A stretch of DNA of 64,000 bases from an uncultured Acidobacteriota bacterium (GTDB taxonomy: Bacteria; Acidobacteriota; JAQAZP01). The first letter of the stretch is position 1, and each line of letters opens with the position of its first letter. Under the pieces are notes generated by a model. The model was not told the DNA's origin and did not search any database. It saw nothing but the letters and a program-made list of their open reading frames with translations. The position numbers and the translations under genes are program-made. The stretch covers positions 1,600,001 through 1,664,000 of the forward strand of contig CAWIIB010000001.1 in NCBI GenBank assembly GCA_963836075.1, given 5' to 3'. Positions 41,661 to 51,080 of the stretch are shown here, one piece after another.

Positions 41661-43121
41661 ATGAACTACAAATCCATCGCCCATGTCATGGGCAAATTGA
41701 TGGTGATCACCGGCGCCACCATGTTGTTGCCGGTGATCTGCACCTTCTTCTACCCGGGAGAGGGCGATCTCTTCGCCCTGCTGCTTTCCACTCTCATCGT
41801 CACCGGTGCGGGGCTGCCCTTTTGGTGGTTTTTCCGCCGTCACGATGAACTGAACATCCGCGACGGGTTCTTCATCGCCGTGGCCGGCTGGACCCTGATC
41901 TCCTCGGTATCGGCGCTGCCCTTCATGATCCACGGCAGCATCCCCTCGTTCACCGACGGCTTTTTCGAGATGATGTCCGGCTACACCACCAGCGGGGCCA
42001 CCATCCTCACCGACATCGAAGTGGTGCCCCACGGGCTGCTCTTCTGGCGCAGCCAGACCCACCTGCTGGGCGGAATGGGCTTTCTGACCCTGACCATCAT
42101 CTTCCTGCCCCACGGTATGGGCGGCCTGCGTATTTTCCGGGCCGAGTCGAGCCCGGGGCAGGTCATCACCAAAGAAAAGTTTCTGCCCCGCAACCGGGAC
42201 ACCATGATCTGGCTCTGGGGCATCTACCTCGGGCTGAACCTGCTGCAGACAACGCTGATGTGTCTTGGCGGAATGAGCCTTTTCGATTCGCTGTGCCATG
42301 CTTTCGGCACGGTCTCCACATCCGGGTATTCGACCCACAACGCCAGCGTGGGTTACTACAACAGCGCCTATATCGACTGGGTGATCATCATCTTCATGGT
42401 CCTCGGCGGGATGACCTTCATGCTCTTCTACCACGGCCTGAAGGGCAACTGGCGGGAAATTCGGATCAACACCGAGCTGCGCTGGTATGCCGGCTTCCTG
42501 CTCTTCTTCTGTCTCACGGTGGCCCTGCTGCTGTGGGTCAACGGGACCTATGACGGCCCGCTGGACTCGCTGCGCTACGCCAGCTTCCAGGTGGTGTCGC
42601 TGCTCACCACCACCGGCTTCACCACCGCGGACTACGAGCTGTGGCCCCAGTCGACGCAGATGTTTCTCTATGCCGTCTGCTTCATCGGCGCCTGCGCCGG
42701 GTCCACCACCAGCGGCATCAAGGTCGTGCACTACGTGCTGATCTGGAAGTTCATGGTGGCCTCGATCAAGAAGATCTTCTTCCAGCCCCTGGCGGTGACC
42801 AGCATCCGGCTGAACCGGCGTCCGGTGGAACCGGCCATCGTCAACCTGGCCGTTTGCTACTTCATCGTCAACATCTTCCTCGTGCTGGGCGGGGGCTGTT
42901 TCATGGTGCTGGTGGACGACATGGATTTCACCACCGCCATGAGCTCGGTGATCGCCACGCTGATGAACATCGGTCCGGGGTTCGGCGAAGTTGGGCCCTC
43001 GCATAATTACGCCCAGATATCGGCGGTGGGAAAGTGGTTCCTCTCCTGGCTGATGCTGGTGGGACGGCTGGAGATGTTCTCGGCGCTGGTGATCTTCTAC
43101 CCCTCGTTCTGGCGGAAATAA
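41661..43121 (+). CDS. trkH: Trk potassium uptake membrane subunit
   Basis: FEMMSGYTTSGAT, TVSTSGYS, TTTGFT, NIGPGFG, GRLE. Confidence 0.95.
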   Translation: MNYKSIAHVMGKLMVITGATMLLPVICTFFYPGEGDLFALLLSTLIVTGAGLPFWWFFRRHDELNIRDGFFIAVAGWTLISSVSALPFMIHGSIPSFTDGFFEMMSGYTTSGATILTDIEVVPHGLLFWRSQTHLLGGMGFLTLTIIFLPHGMGGLRIFRAESSPGQVITKEKFLPRNRDTMIWLWGIYLGLNLLQTTLMCLGGMSLFDSLCHAFGTVSTSGYSTHNASVGYYNSAYIDWVIIIFMVLGGMTFMLFYHGLKGNWREIRINTELRWYAGFLLFFCLTVALLLWVNGTYDGPLDSLRYASFQVVSLLTTTGFTTADYELWPQSTQMFLYAVCFIGACAGSTTSGIKVVHYVLIWKFMVASIKKIFFQPLAVTSIRLNRRPVEPAIVNLAVCYFIVNIFLVLGGGCFMVLVDDMDFTTAMSSVIATLMNIGPGFGEVGPSHNYAQISAVGKWFLSWLMLVGRLEMFSALVIFYPSFWRK

Positions 43122-43123
43122 AC

Positions 43124-43270
43124 TAGAAGTGGTTTCATAACCTCAGCTGTGGTTCGAGAGCGAGGCAACGGCTGACGAAAAGCGCAGCATCCTTTTGTGG
43201 TATGTGAGCATTTTAAGGAGGCCGGCAACGCAGCTATCGGGCCTCAGGCGAGATTCCGGGGCCGCTTCTA
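43124..43270. repeat. Putative MITE/REP-like palindromic element between convergent trkH and trkA
   Basis: TAGAAGTGGTTTC…GGGGCCGCTTCTA imperfect inverted ends, TA at both ends; nested inverted segments. Confidence 0.45.
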
Positions 43271-44668
43271 CAGGAACAGGCGCTGCAGTTCCTTGAGGCC
43301 CAGGGAGGTGCAGATGGCGATGGCCCGGTCGCCGGCCCGGATGTGCGTGCTGCCCACGGCGGTCTCCCAACCGCCACCCTGGCGCACGCCGCCGATAATG
43401 ACCCTCTCCTTGAGAATATCCATCTGGTTCAGCGGCTTGCGGGTGATCGGCGCGTCCGGGCCGGCCACGATCTCCACCAGCTCGGCGTCCAGGCCGTGAA
43501 GGTGGGCCACGGAGAGCAGTTTGCCGCGGCGGATGAACTTGAGGATCTCGTTGGCCGCCAGCACCTTCTTGTTCAGCGCGATATCCGCACCCATGGTGGC
43601 GGCCAGCACCAGGTATTCCTCCTTGTTCACCAGGGCGATGGTCTTGTTGTGCCGGGTGCTGGAGCCGTTGCCCTGCTCCTGCAGCAGGTGTTTGGCCAGC
43701 AGGCAGCTCATGATGTTGGTCTCATTGTCCCAGGTGGCAGTGATGATGGTGTCCATATCCAGCAGGCCGGCCTGGGTCAGCGTGTTGGCGTCGGAGCCGT
43801 CGCCGTGCAGCACCTCGGTGTGCTCCAGCTGCGCTGAGAGTTCCTCGGCCCGGGCCTCGTCCTTCTCGATCAGCCGGACCTCGAAGTCCGCACCCAGCAG
43901 TTCGGCCACCCGGGTGCCCACAAGTCCCCCGCCGAGGATCATCACCCGGTGGTGCTGTTCCTGCACCACGCCGGCCAGCTCCATCAGCTGGGGCAGGTGT
44001 TCCGCGGCCACGAGGATGAAGGCCTGGTCATGGGCCTGCAACTGGAAATCGCCGTCAGGGATGATGGTGGCGATCCCCCGGGCCACGGAGACAATGCGGA
44101 AGGGGAACTCGTTGTACATGCCGGCGATCTCTTTCAGCTGCCGGCCCACGATGGGCGACCCCTCCAGCACCCGCGTGGCCATTACCCGCATCTGACCCTC
44201 AGCAATGTCCACCACCACGTTCCCGGTGCGCAGCTTGATCAGCCGCAGGATTTCCTGGGCGGTCAGTTCCTCGGGGTGGATCACCATGTCGATTTTCATG
44301 TCGGGGGCGGTGATGATCGAGTTCTGCATGCCGAATTCCAGAGACCGCACCCGGGCGATCTTGGTCGGGATACCCACCCGGTCCGCGATAACCGACGACA
44401 GCATGTTCACCGCATCGTTGTCGGTCACCGCGATCATGTAGTCCATGGCCCGCGCTCCAGCCTCCTGCCAGCACTTGAAGCGCATGGCATCGCCCTGGAT
44501 CAGCCGGGCATCCACCTCGCCGTCGGCGCGGCGCAGCAAGGCGGCGTCCTGCTCCACGGCCGTGATGGCGTGGCCCTCATGAGCCAGGCGCTTGGTCAGG
44601 TAGTAGCCCACTCCGCCAAGCCCGAGGATCATGATGTTCTCTGATTTCCGGTCTTTCTTCCCGAACAT
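43268..44668 (-). CDS. trkA: Trk potassium uptake NAD-binding subunit
   Basis: Two RCK-N/RCK-C pairs; GLGGVG and GGGLVG motifs. Confidence 0.94.
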   Translation of the reverse strand: MFGKKDRKSENIMILGLGGVGYYLTKRLAHEGHAITAVEQDAALLRRADGEVDARLIQGDAMRFKCWQEAGARAMDYMIAVTDNDAVNMLSSVIADRVGIPTKIARVRSLEFGMQNSIITAPDMKIDMVIHPEELTAQEILRLIKLRTGNVVVDIAEGQMRVMATRVLEGSPIVGRQLKEIAGMYNEFPFRIVSVARGIATIIPDGDFQLQAHDQAFILVAAEHLPQLMELAGVVQEQHHRVMILGGGLVGTRVAELLGADFEVRLIEKDEARAEELSAQLEHTEVLHGDGSDANTLTQAGLLDMDTIITATWDNETNIMSCLLAKHLLQEQGNGSSTRHNKTIALVNKEEYLVLAATMGADIALNKKVLAANEILKFIRRGKLLSVAHLHGLDAELVEIVAGPDAPITRKPLNQMDILKERVIIGGVRQGGGWETAVGSTHIRAGDRAIAICTSLGLKELQRLFL

Positions 44669-44746
44669 GGATTCACTCCGCGCACCTCTTCCACTGTCGG
44701 GCAGAGGATAGGGAAAAACGGGCTGACAATCAAGGAGTAGATTACA

Positions 44747-44775
44747 GCCCCCCGGCCGCTGGACGGCCGGGGGGC
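44747..44775 (-). terminator. GC-rich hairpin after the hydrolase gene, putative terminator
   Basis: GCCCCCCGGCCG-ctgga-CGGCCGGGGGGC; weak U-tract. Confidence 0.6.
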
Positions 44776-44786
44776 AGGGGGGAAAG

Positions 44787-47700
44787 CTATGGTGAGACGC
44801 CGGTCACCGTGACGGTGTCGGTGTCGGTATCTCCCGAGAGAGCATATGGCGGCTGGTTGTAGGGGGCCGGCGTGACGTCAACACCGATGAGGGTGAAGAC
44901 ATTGCTGCCCACCAGTGTGGGCAGGCCGGGGAAGTTCTGGTTCCAGACCTTGGTGAAGACTTCACCGGAGCTGAGGTTGGTCCAGCCGGCTCGCCAGTTG
45001 CCATACGAGTTGCCGCTGGCGATCACCACGTCGATCCGGCCGGCGGCCCGGCGGTTCTCGGTGGTCAGGTTGGTCAACCGCGTGATGAACTGCGTAGTGA
45101 AGGGCAGGGTCGCCGTGTCGGGATTGGCGTCGATGAACACGCCCACCGTGTCGGTGATGACCCCGGGGTCGCAGGAGAACGCGCTGAGGGTCACGTCATC
45201 GATGTTCCAGCCGCAGTACTGCCAGGAACTGTCGGTGGTCCCCATGGTCCAGCGGAGGTAGACCGTGGCCTCGCCGTCGGCAAAGGCCGAGAGGTCGTAC
45301 TCCTCCAGAACCCATGAACCATCAGCGACTTCGGCACTATTCGACCAGAGGGTGTCCCAACTGCTGCCGTTGGTGCTGATGCGCAGGTAGGCATGGTCAT
45401 AGAGCGGCTGCTCCACACCGAGCCAGCGGCGGAAGCTGAGCACCACGCCCTGCTGGGCCGAACAGTCGATGGCCGGAGTGGTGAGATGGGTTTCGCTGAG
45501 GTTGTTCTCGTAGTCGCCGGCAAGGTTGTAGCCGTAAACGTTGTTTCCGGTGTAACCGCTGGTGGGGTCGGGGTTGCCGTACTGCCCGCCGCCGCCGGTG
45601 GGCTGACCCCAGGCCCAGAGGCCCGCGGTGGTCCAACCGGGGTTGGTGTCCATGTTGGCGGAGTAGAAAGTGGTCAACTCTCCCACCACGGCGCTGTAAT
45701 AGAGGGCCGGGGCGCTGCTGGGGCTGTAGACCATGCCGCTCACATCACCCTCGGCACTGACATAGAACTCCGGCGTATCGGTGCAGCTCGGTGCGGGCAG
45801 CGTGGCATCAAAGAGATCGCTGCCAGCCGGCACCAGGGCCGTGGTCAGCCATGAGCCGCCATCGTAGCGGTAGTGCAGAGTGCCGCTGCCCGGAACATAC
45901 GATTCCCCGGTGGCCGTGATCAGCACGCTGAAGGTGGTGGGGACGTCCGGCGGGATCACCTCGGGTGCTCCGTCCGGCAGGAAAATCGAGATGTAACCCG
46001 GGTCGGGGTCGGTCGGGGCGGCGTCGTTGGTCAGCATCAGCTCGTCCACCACGATCCGGCCCTCGTCAGCTCCCCAGGAGGGGCCGCAGTCAAAACGAAC
46101 CGCCACGATGTCGCTGAGGTCAAGACCCGAGTTGTTGTTCAGGAAATCGGTGAGGCGGAGGCGGATAACCTCCATCTCGTTGTGCCAGCCGCCGGAGCGG
46201 TCGTACGGCTGCTCGAGACCGCCGCCGTTAGCGCCGATGTTGATCGAGCTGCTGGTCCCGCTGCCGTCGCGCAGGGTCACGCTGAAGTCGAGGTCGCCCA
46301 TGACAACCAGGGTGTTCGGGTGACGGGTGCCCTGGGCACCGCGGAAAGAGAGGTAGAGGTCGTCGCTGAAGTCCTGCTGGGAGGCTACGACGCCCCACTC
46401 GATGTAGCGGTTGCTGCCGTTCCAGTCGAAGACCACGCCTCTGCTGTCGTCAGAGGAGGATGCCTGGGTGGCGCCGTTGAACGGGTCGGAGGTGGTCCAC
46501 GCGAAATCAGAGTTGTTGTCATCCAGCCGGCCTTCGGTGAGGTTGGTCACGGTGTAGGCTACCGATCCGCCGGAGCTGCTGGTGCTGGTGGATGTCTGGG
46601 ACTGGAAGTCGTCGATGAAGAAGTTGCCGGTGTCACCACCGTTGCGGTATTCGTGGGTCACCACCACGCAGGGATTCGAAGTGTCGACACCGATGGGGCT
46701 GAACTTCTCATACTGGCGCCAGAGGAAGTCCCGGGCCGGGATGTTGCCGTTGACATAGTGCTTGACCAGGGGCAGGAAGTAGCCCAGCTGGATCTGGTGG
46801 GTCACCGTCTCGCCGATGGAGCAGGGGCCGGTGAAATAGGAACTGCCGGTGCCATCGTGGAACCAGCCGTGGCCGGTGCCCTGCACCACGGTGGACTGCC
46901 GGTAGCGGGTGGCCCGGTCGTGGAGGTGGAAGGTCTGGCACAGGTCGCAGCTGGCCGAACCATTGACATCGGAGTCGCCGGCAGCGGTCCAGAGGTGGTA
47001 GTTCGCCCCGTGGGGATCCGCGTTGTTGGTCTTGAGGAAGTCGGTGGGCAGCATGCTGCTCAGCAGCACCACGTCTTCGAGAACGAACTCCGAGGGCGTG
47101 TAGCCGTCCACGATCCGGTCGTAGGCCCGGGTGATCCCCTCGCCGCCGCGGCTGTGGCCGATCCAGGTGATGGCCGAGGAATCGATGTGCCCGTTGAGAA
47201 CCCCGCCGCCGATGGTGCCCTGGTTGGCCAGGATATAGTCGGTGTTGGTCAGGGTGGTGGTGGAGGCGGTTTCGATCCCCGGGCCGGTGTTGTTCTCGTG
47301 GGACATCACGATGTAGCCATAGGAGGCCAGGTGGTAGCCGATGTGGTCATACCACGTGTAATCGTGCCCGTTGCCGTGGCTGATCACCACCAGGGGCAAG
47401 AGGCCCATGGAGGCGATGTCGGTGGGATAGTAGGTGTCCTGACCGAGCCACGATCCACCGCTGTAAATGATCTCGGTCACCGCCAGCGGCCCGGACTGGG
47501 TGGTGTCGTGCACCGCGTAGAGCCCCGCCTCGTCGCCGAGACCGTCGATATAGTCCACGTCGTCCAGCACGCCGTTCTGGTTCATGTCCAGCACGATGTC
47601 GTATCCCACGCCGAGACCGGTACCGGCACTGGCGTTGAGGGTGTTGGCGGCAGCCACCAACCAGTCATTGGCCTGGATCGAGGCGCTGCTGAAGGTCACG

Positions 47701-48059
47701 GTGAGCGGTCCGCCGGCCACATCGGTCAAGCCGGGGTTTGACGCCCACTGGGCAGCGTCCTGTGCATCAACCACAAAGATGTCCGCCGTATCCCCGACGA
47801 TGCCCGGGAACCGGAAGGGGTCGATGGCCACACGAACGGTGGAATTGACGTTGAAAGCCTTGACGTATTCGAAGTACGGATACTGGGCCAGGGAGTTCCC
47901 GGCCAGCTCGGTCTGCCGCTCAGGCGGCGGCACGGCGGCAGAGGCCGGCGCCGCGGCAAGGGCCAGGACGAGCAGCGCAAGAAACAGTGCCGGCAGGCGG
48001 CGCTGCCGATGAGACGTTCCGGAATTCGAATGACCACGGATCTTCTTGGATAGTGACAC
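44787..48059 (-). CDS. Secreted alpha/beta hydrolase-fold protein with jelly-roll module and the shared C-terminal domain
   Basis: Signal peptide; LPLVVISHGNG…HLASYGY; GHSRGG nucleophile elbow; candidate Asp (DSDV) and His (GHGWF). Confidence 0.83.
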   Translation of the reverse strand: MSLSKKIRGHSNSGTSHRQRRLPALFLALLVLALAAAPASAAVPPPERQTELAGNSLAQYPYFEYVKAFNVNSTVRVAIDPFRFPGIVGDTADIFVVDAQDAAQWASNPGLTDVAGGPLTVTFSSASIQANDWLVAAANTLNASAGTGLGVGYDIVLDMNQNGVLDDVDYIDGLGDEAGLYAVHDTTQSGPLAVTEIIYSGGSWLGQDTYYPTDIASMGLLPLVVISHGNGHDYTWYDHIGYHLASYGYIVMSHENNTGPGIETASTTTLTNTDYILANQGTIGGGVLNGHIDSSAITWIGHSRGGEGITRAYDRIVDGYTPSEFVLEDVVLLSSMLPTDFLKTNNADPHGANYHLWTAAGDSDVNGSASCDLCQTFHLHDRATRYRQSTVVQGTGHGWFHDGTGSSYFTGPCSIGETVTHQIQLGYFLPLVKHYVNGNIPARDFLWRQYEKFSPIGVDTSNPCVVVTHEYRNGGDTGNFFIDDFQSQTSTSTSSSGGSVAYTVTNLTEGRLDDNNSDFAWTTSDPFNGATQASSSDDSRGVVFDWNGSNRYIEWGVVASQQDFSDDLYLSFRGAQGTRHPNTLVVMGDLDFSVTLRDGSGTSSSINIGANGGGLEQPYDRSGGWHNEMEVIRLRLTDFLNNNSGLDLSDIVAVRFDCGPSWGADEGRIVVDELMLTNDAAPTDPDPGYISIFLPDGAPEVIPPDVPTTFSVLITATGESYVPGSGTLHYRYDGGSWLTTALVPAGSDLFDATLPAPSCTDTPEFYVSAEGDVSGMVYSPSSAPALYYSAVVGELTTFYSANMDTNPGWTTAGLWAWGQPTGGGGQYGNPDPTSGYTGNNVYGYNLAGDYENNLSETHLTTPAIDCSAQQGVVLSFRRWLGVEQPLYDHAYLRISTNGSSWDTLWSNSAEVADGSWVLEEYDLSAFADGEATVYLRWTMGTTDSSWQYCGWNIDDVTLSAFSCDPGVITDTVGVFIDANPDTATLPFTTQFITRLTNLTTENRRAAGRIDVVIASGNSYGNWRAGWTNLSSGEVFTKVWNQNFPGLPTLVGSNVFTLIGVDVTPAPYNQPPYALSGDTDTDTVTVTGVSP

Positions 48060-48290
48060 GGGGATACTCCTCTCACCGATTCGCGTTTACCCGATGATGG
48101 CTCTGCTCAGGCTGGCAGGATTCCAGGGAAGAAAAACCACCATGCCGCTGTTGGCCACTATCGGGTGCAATCGGAACAGCCGTCCTCTCACGGCAACAGG
48201 GATTGTCGCTCCCGGTTCATGCGAACGGAACAGGGGCGACAGAGAAACTTCGACGCAAAGCAACCCGGCGCTCGAGCCGGATCAGTCGAG
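48060..48290 (-). ncRNA. Candidate structured 5' leader (family B, copy 1)
   Basis: Several hairpins conserved with 50854-51080. Confidence 0.35.
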
Positions 48291-48380
48291 TATAGTAAAT
48301 ATATAGGTCATTTGCCCACTGGTTTTCCAGTGGAATTTCCGATTCGAGGGTCTTTTATGCAAAATCAGGGGGGAGTCAAC

Positions 48381-48411
48381 CGCCCCCCGGCCGCCGCACG
48401 GCCGGGGGGCG
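48381..48411 (-). terminator. GC-rich hairpin after the hydrolase paralog, putative terminator
   Basis: CGCCCCCCGGCCG…CGGCCGGGGGGCG. Confidence 0.6.
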
Positions 48412-48420
48412 GGGGGCAAG

Positions 48421-50853
48421 CTATGGCGAAACTCCGGTCACAGTGACGGAGTCGGTGTCGGTGTCTCCCGAGAGAGCATAGGGCGGCTGGTTGTACGGGG
48501 CCGGCGTGACGTCAGCAGCGATGAGGGTGAAGACATTGCTGCCCACCAGTGTGGGCAGGCCGGGGAAGTTCTGGTTCCAGACCTGGGTGAAGACTTCCGA
48601 GGGGTCGAGGTTGGTATAACCGGCCCGCCAGTTGCCAAACGAGTTGCCGCTGGCGATCACCACGTCGATCCGGCCTGCCGCCCGGCGGTTCTGGGTGGTC
48701 AGGTTGGTCAACCGCGCAATGAACTGCGTGGTGAAGGGCAAAACCGCCGTGTCGGGATTGGCATCGATGGACGCAGTCACCGTGTCGATGACGGTTGGCG
48801 GGTCCGTCGGTGACGCATCGTTGGTCAGCATCAGCTCGTCCACCACGATCCGCCCCTCGTTGGCGCCCCAGGAAGGACCGCAATCGAGACGCACCGCCAC
48901 GATGTCGGAGAGATCGAGACCCGAGTTGTTGTGCAGGAAGTCGGTAAGCCTGAGGCGGATCACCTCCATCTCGTTGTGCCAGCCGCCGGACCGGTCGTAT
49001 GGTTGCTCGAGGCCGCCGCCGTAAGCGCCGATGTTGATCGAGCTGCTGGTCCCGCCGCCGTCGCGAAGGGTCACGCTGAAGTTGAGGTCGGTCATCGCCG
49101 CCAGGGTGTTGGGATGCTGGGTGCCCTGTGCGCCGCGGAAGGAGAGGTAGAGGTCGTCACTGAAGTCCTGCTGGGCGGAGATGATGCCCCACTCGATGTA
49201 GCGGTTGCTGCCGGTCCAGCTGAAAACCACGCCTTTGCTGTCGTCGGACGAGGAGGCCTGGGTGGCGCCGTTGAACGGGTCAGACGAAGTCCAGCTGAAA
49301 CTGCTGTTGTTGTCATCCAGGCGACCCTCGGTGAGGTTGTCCACGGTGTAGGTCACCGAGCCGCCCGAGCTGCTGGTGGATGTGGAGGGTTCGCTCTGGA
49401 AGTCGTCGATAAAGAAGTTGCCGCTGGCGCCGCCGTTGCGGTATTCGTGGGTCACCACGACACAGGAGTTGGAGGTGTCCACGCCGATGGGACTGAACTT
49501 CTCGTACTGGCGCCAGAGGAAGTCCCGGGCCGGGATGTTGCCTTCGACATAGTGCTTGACCAGGGGCAGGAAGTAGCCCAGCTGGATCTGGTGGGTCACC
49601 GTCTCGCCGATGGAGCAGGGGCCGGTGAACCAGGAGGTGCCGCCGTTGTCGTGGAACCAGGCGTGGCCGGTGCCCTGCACCACCGTGGACTGCCGGAACG
49701 CGGTGGCCCGGTCGTGGAGGTGGAAGGTCTGGCAGAGGTCGCAGCTGGCCGAGCCGTTGACGTCGGCGTCGCCGGAGGCGGTCCAGAGGTGGTAGTTGGC
49801 GCCATGGGGGTTCGAGCTGGCGGTCTTGAGAAAGTCGGTGGGCAGCATGCTGCTCAACAGCACCACGTCCTCGAGGGTGAACGCCGACGGGGTGTAGCCG
49901 TCCACTATCCGGTCATAGGCCCGCGTGATCCCTTCGCCGCCGCGGCTGTGGCCGATCCAGGTGATGGCCGAGGAATCGATATGCCCGTTGAGCACCCCGC
50001 CGCCGATGGAGCCCTGGTTGGCGATGATGTAGTCGGTGTTGGTCAAGGTGGTGGTGGAGGCGGTCTCGATGCCCGGCGAGGTGTTGTTCTGGTGGGACAT
50101 CACGATGTAGCCGTACGAGGCCAGGTGGTAGCCGATGTGATCATACCAGGTGTAGTTGTGCCCGTTGCCGTGGCTGATCACCACCAGCGGCAGCTGACCC
50201 ATTGAGGCAATGTCGGTGGGATAGTAGGTATCCTGGCCCAGCCAGGTCCCGCCGCTGTAAATGATCTCGGTCACGGCCAGCGGGCCGGACTGGGTGGTGT
50301 CGTGCACCATGTAGAGGCCGGCCTCATCACCCAGGCCGTCAATGTAATCCGGGTCGTCCAGCATGCCGTTCTGGTTCATGTCCAGCACGATGTCGTAGCC
50401 CACACCGAGGCCGATGCCGGCATCGGCGCTGAGGGTGCTGGCAGCGGCAAGCAGCCAGGTATTGGCCTGGATCGAGGTGCCGCTGAAGGTTACGGTGAGC
50501 GGTCCGCCGGTCACGTCGGTCAGCCCCGGGCTGGAGGCCCACTGGGCCGCATTCTTGGACACCACAAGATAGATGTCCGCCGTCTGCCCCACCACCCCGG
50601 GGAAACGGAAGGGGTCGATGGCCGCACGAACCACGGCGTTGACGTTGAATGCCTTGACGTACTCGAAATACGGATACTGGAGAATGCTGTTTCCGGCCAG
50701 CTCGGTCTGCCGCTCCGGCGGCGGCACGGCGGCTGAGGCCGGTGCTGCGGCAAGGCCCAGCACCAGCAGCGCAAGAAACAGTGCCGGCAGGCGGCGCTGC
50801 CGATGGTACGCTCCGGAATTCAAATGACCACGGATCTTCTTGGATAGTGACAC
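48421..50853 (-). CDS. Secreted alpha/beta hydrolase-fold protein (tandem paralog) with the shared C-terminal domain
   Basis: Highly similar to 44787-48059 but lacks ~280 aa; GTG start after GAGGAG as in the paralog. Confidence 0.83.
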   Translation of the reverse strand: MSLSKKIRGHLNSGAYHRQRRLPALFLALLVLGLAAAPASAAVPPPERQTELAGNSILQYPYFEYVKAFNVNAVVRAAIDPFRFPGVVGQTADIYLVVSKNAAQWASSPGLTDVTGGPLTVTFSGTSIQANTWLLAAASTLSADAGIGLGVGYDIVLDMNQNGMLDDPDYIDGLGDEAGLYMVHDTTQSGPLAVTEIIYSGGTWLGQDTYYPTDIASMGQLPLVVISHGNGHNYTWYDHIGYHLASYGYIVMSHQNNTSPGIETASTTTLTNTDYIIANQGSIGGGVLNGHIDSSAITWIGHSRGGEGITRAYDRIVDGYTPSAFTLEDVVLLSSMLPTDFLKTASSNPHGANYHLWTASGDADVNGSASCDLCQTFHLHDRATAFRQSTVVQGTGHAWFHDNGGTSWFTGPCSIGETVTHQIQLGYFLPLVKHYVEGNIPARDFLWRQYEKFSPIGVDTSNSCVVVTHEYRNGGASGNFFIDDFQSEPSTSTSSSGGSVTYTVDNLTEGRLDDNNSSFSWTSSDPFNGATQASSSDDSKGVVFSWTGSNRYIEWGIISAQQDFSDDLYLSFRGAQGTQHPNTLAAMTDLNFSVTLRDGGGTSSSINIGAYGGGLEQPYDRSGGWHNEMEVIRLRLTDFLHNNSGLDLSDIVAVRLDCGPSWGANEGRIVVDELMLTNDASPTDPPTVIDTVTASIDANPDTAVLPFTTQFIARLTNLTTQNRRAAGRIDVVIASGNSFGNWRAGYTNLDPSEVFTQVWNQNFPGLPTLVGSNVFTLIAADVTPAPYNQPPYALSGDTDTDSVTVTGVSP

Positions 50854-51080
50854 GGGGATACTCCTCTCACCGATTTGCGTTTGCCCGATGATGGCTTCGC
50901 ACCGGCGGGACAGGATTTCAGGTTTGAAAACCGCCACGCTGCTGTTGGCCACTATCGGGTGTAATCGGAACAGCCGTCCTCATCACGGCAATAAGGGGTT
51001 GTCGCTCCCGGTTCATGCCAACGGAACAGGGGCGACAGGGAAACTTCGACGCAAGCCAACCCGGTGTTCAGACCGGTACG
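50854..51080 (-). ncRNA. Candidate structured 5' leader (family B, copy 2)
   Basis: Same stems as 48060-48290. Confidence 0.35.

Noticed and set aside
46930-46952. CDLC motif as a possible heme c site
   Set aside because: The sequence is CxxCQ, not CxxCH.
47990-48059. RR in the hydrolase signal peptides as a Tat motif
   Set aside because: RQRRLPAL does not fit S/T-R-R-x-F-L-K.
48225-48285. GGCGAC…GAAA…GACGCAAAGC resembling a c-di-GMP-I riboswitch
   Set aside because: It is on the strand opposite the downstream gene, the stem is poor, and the paralogous copy reads GACGCAAGCC.
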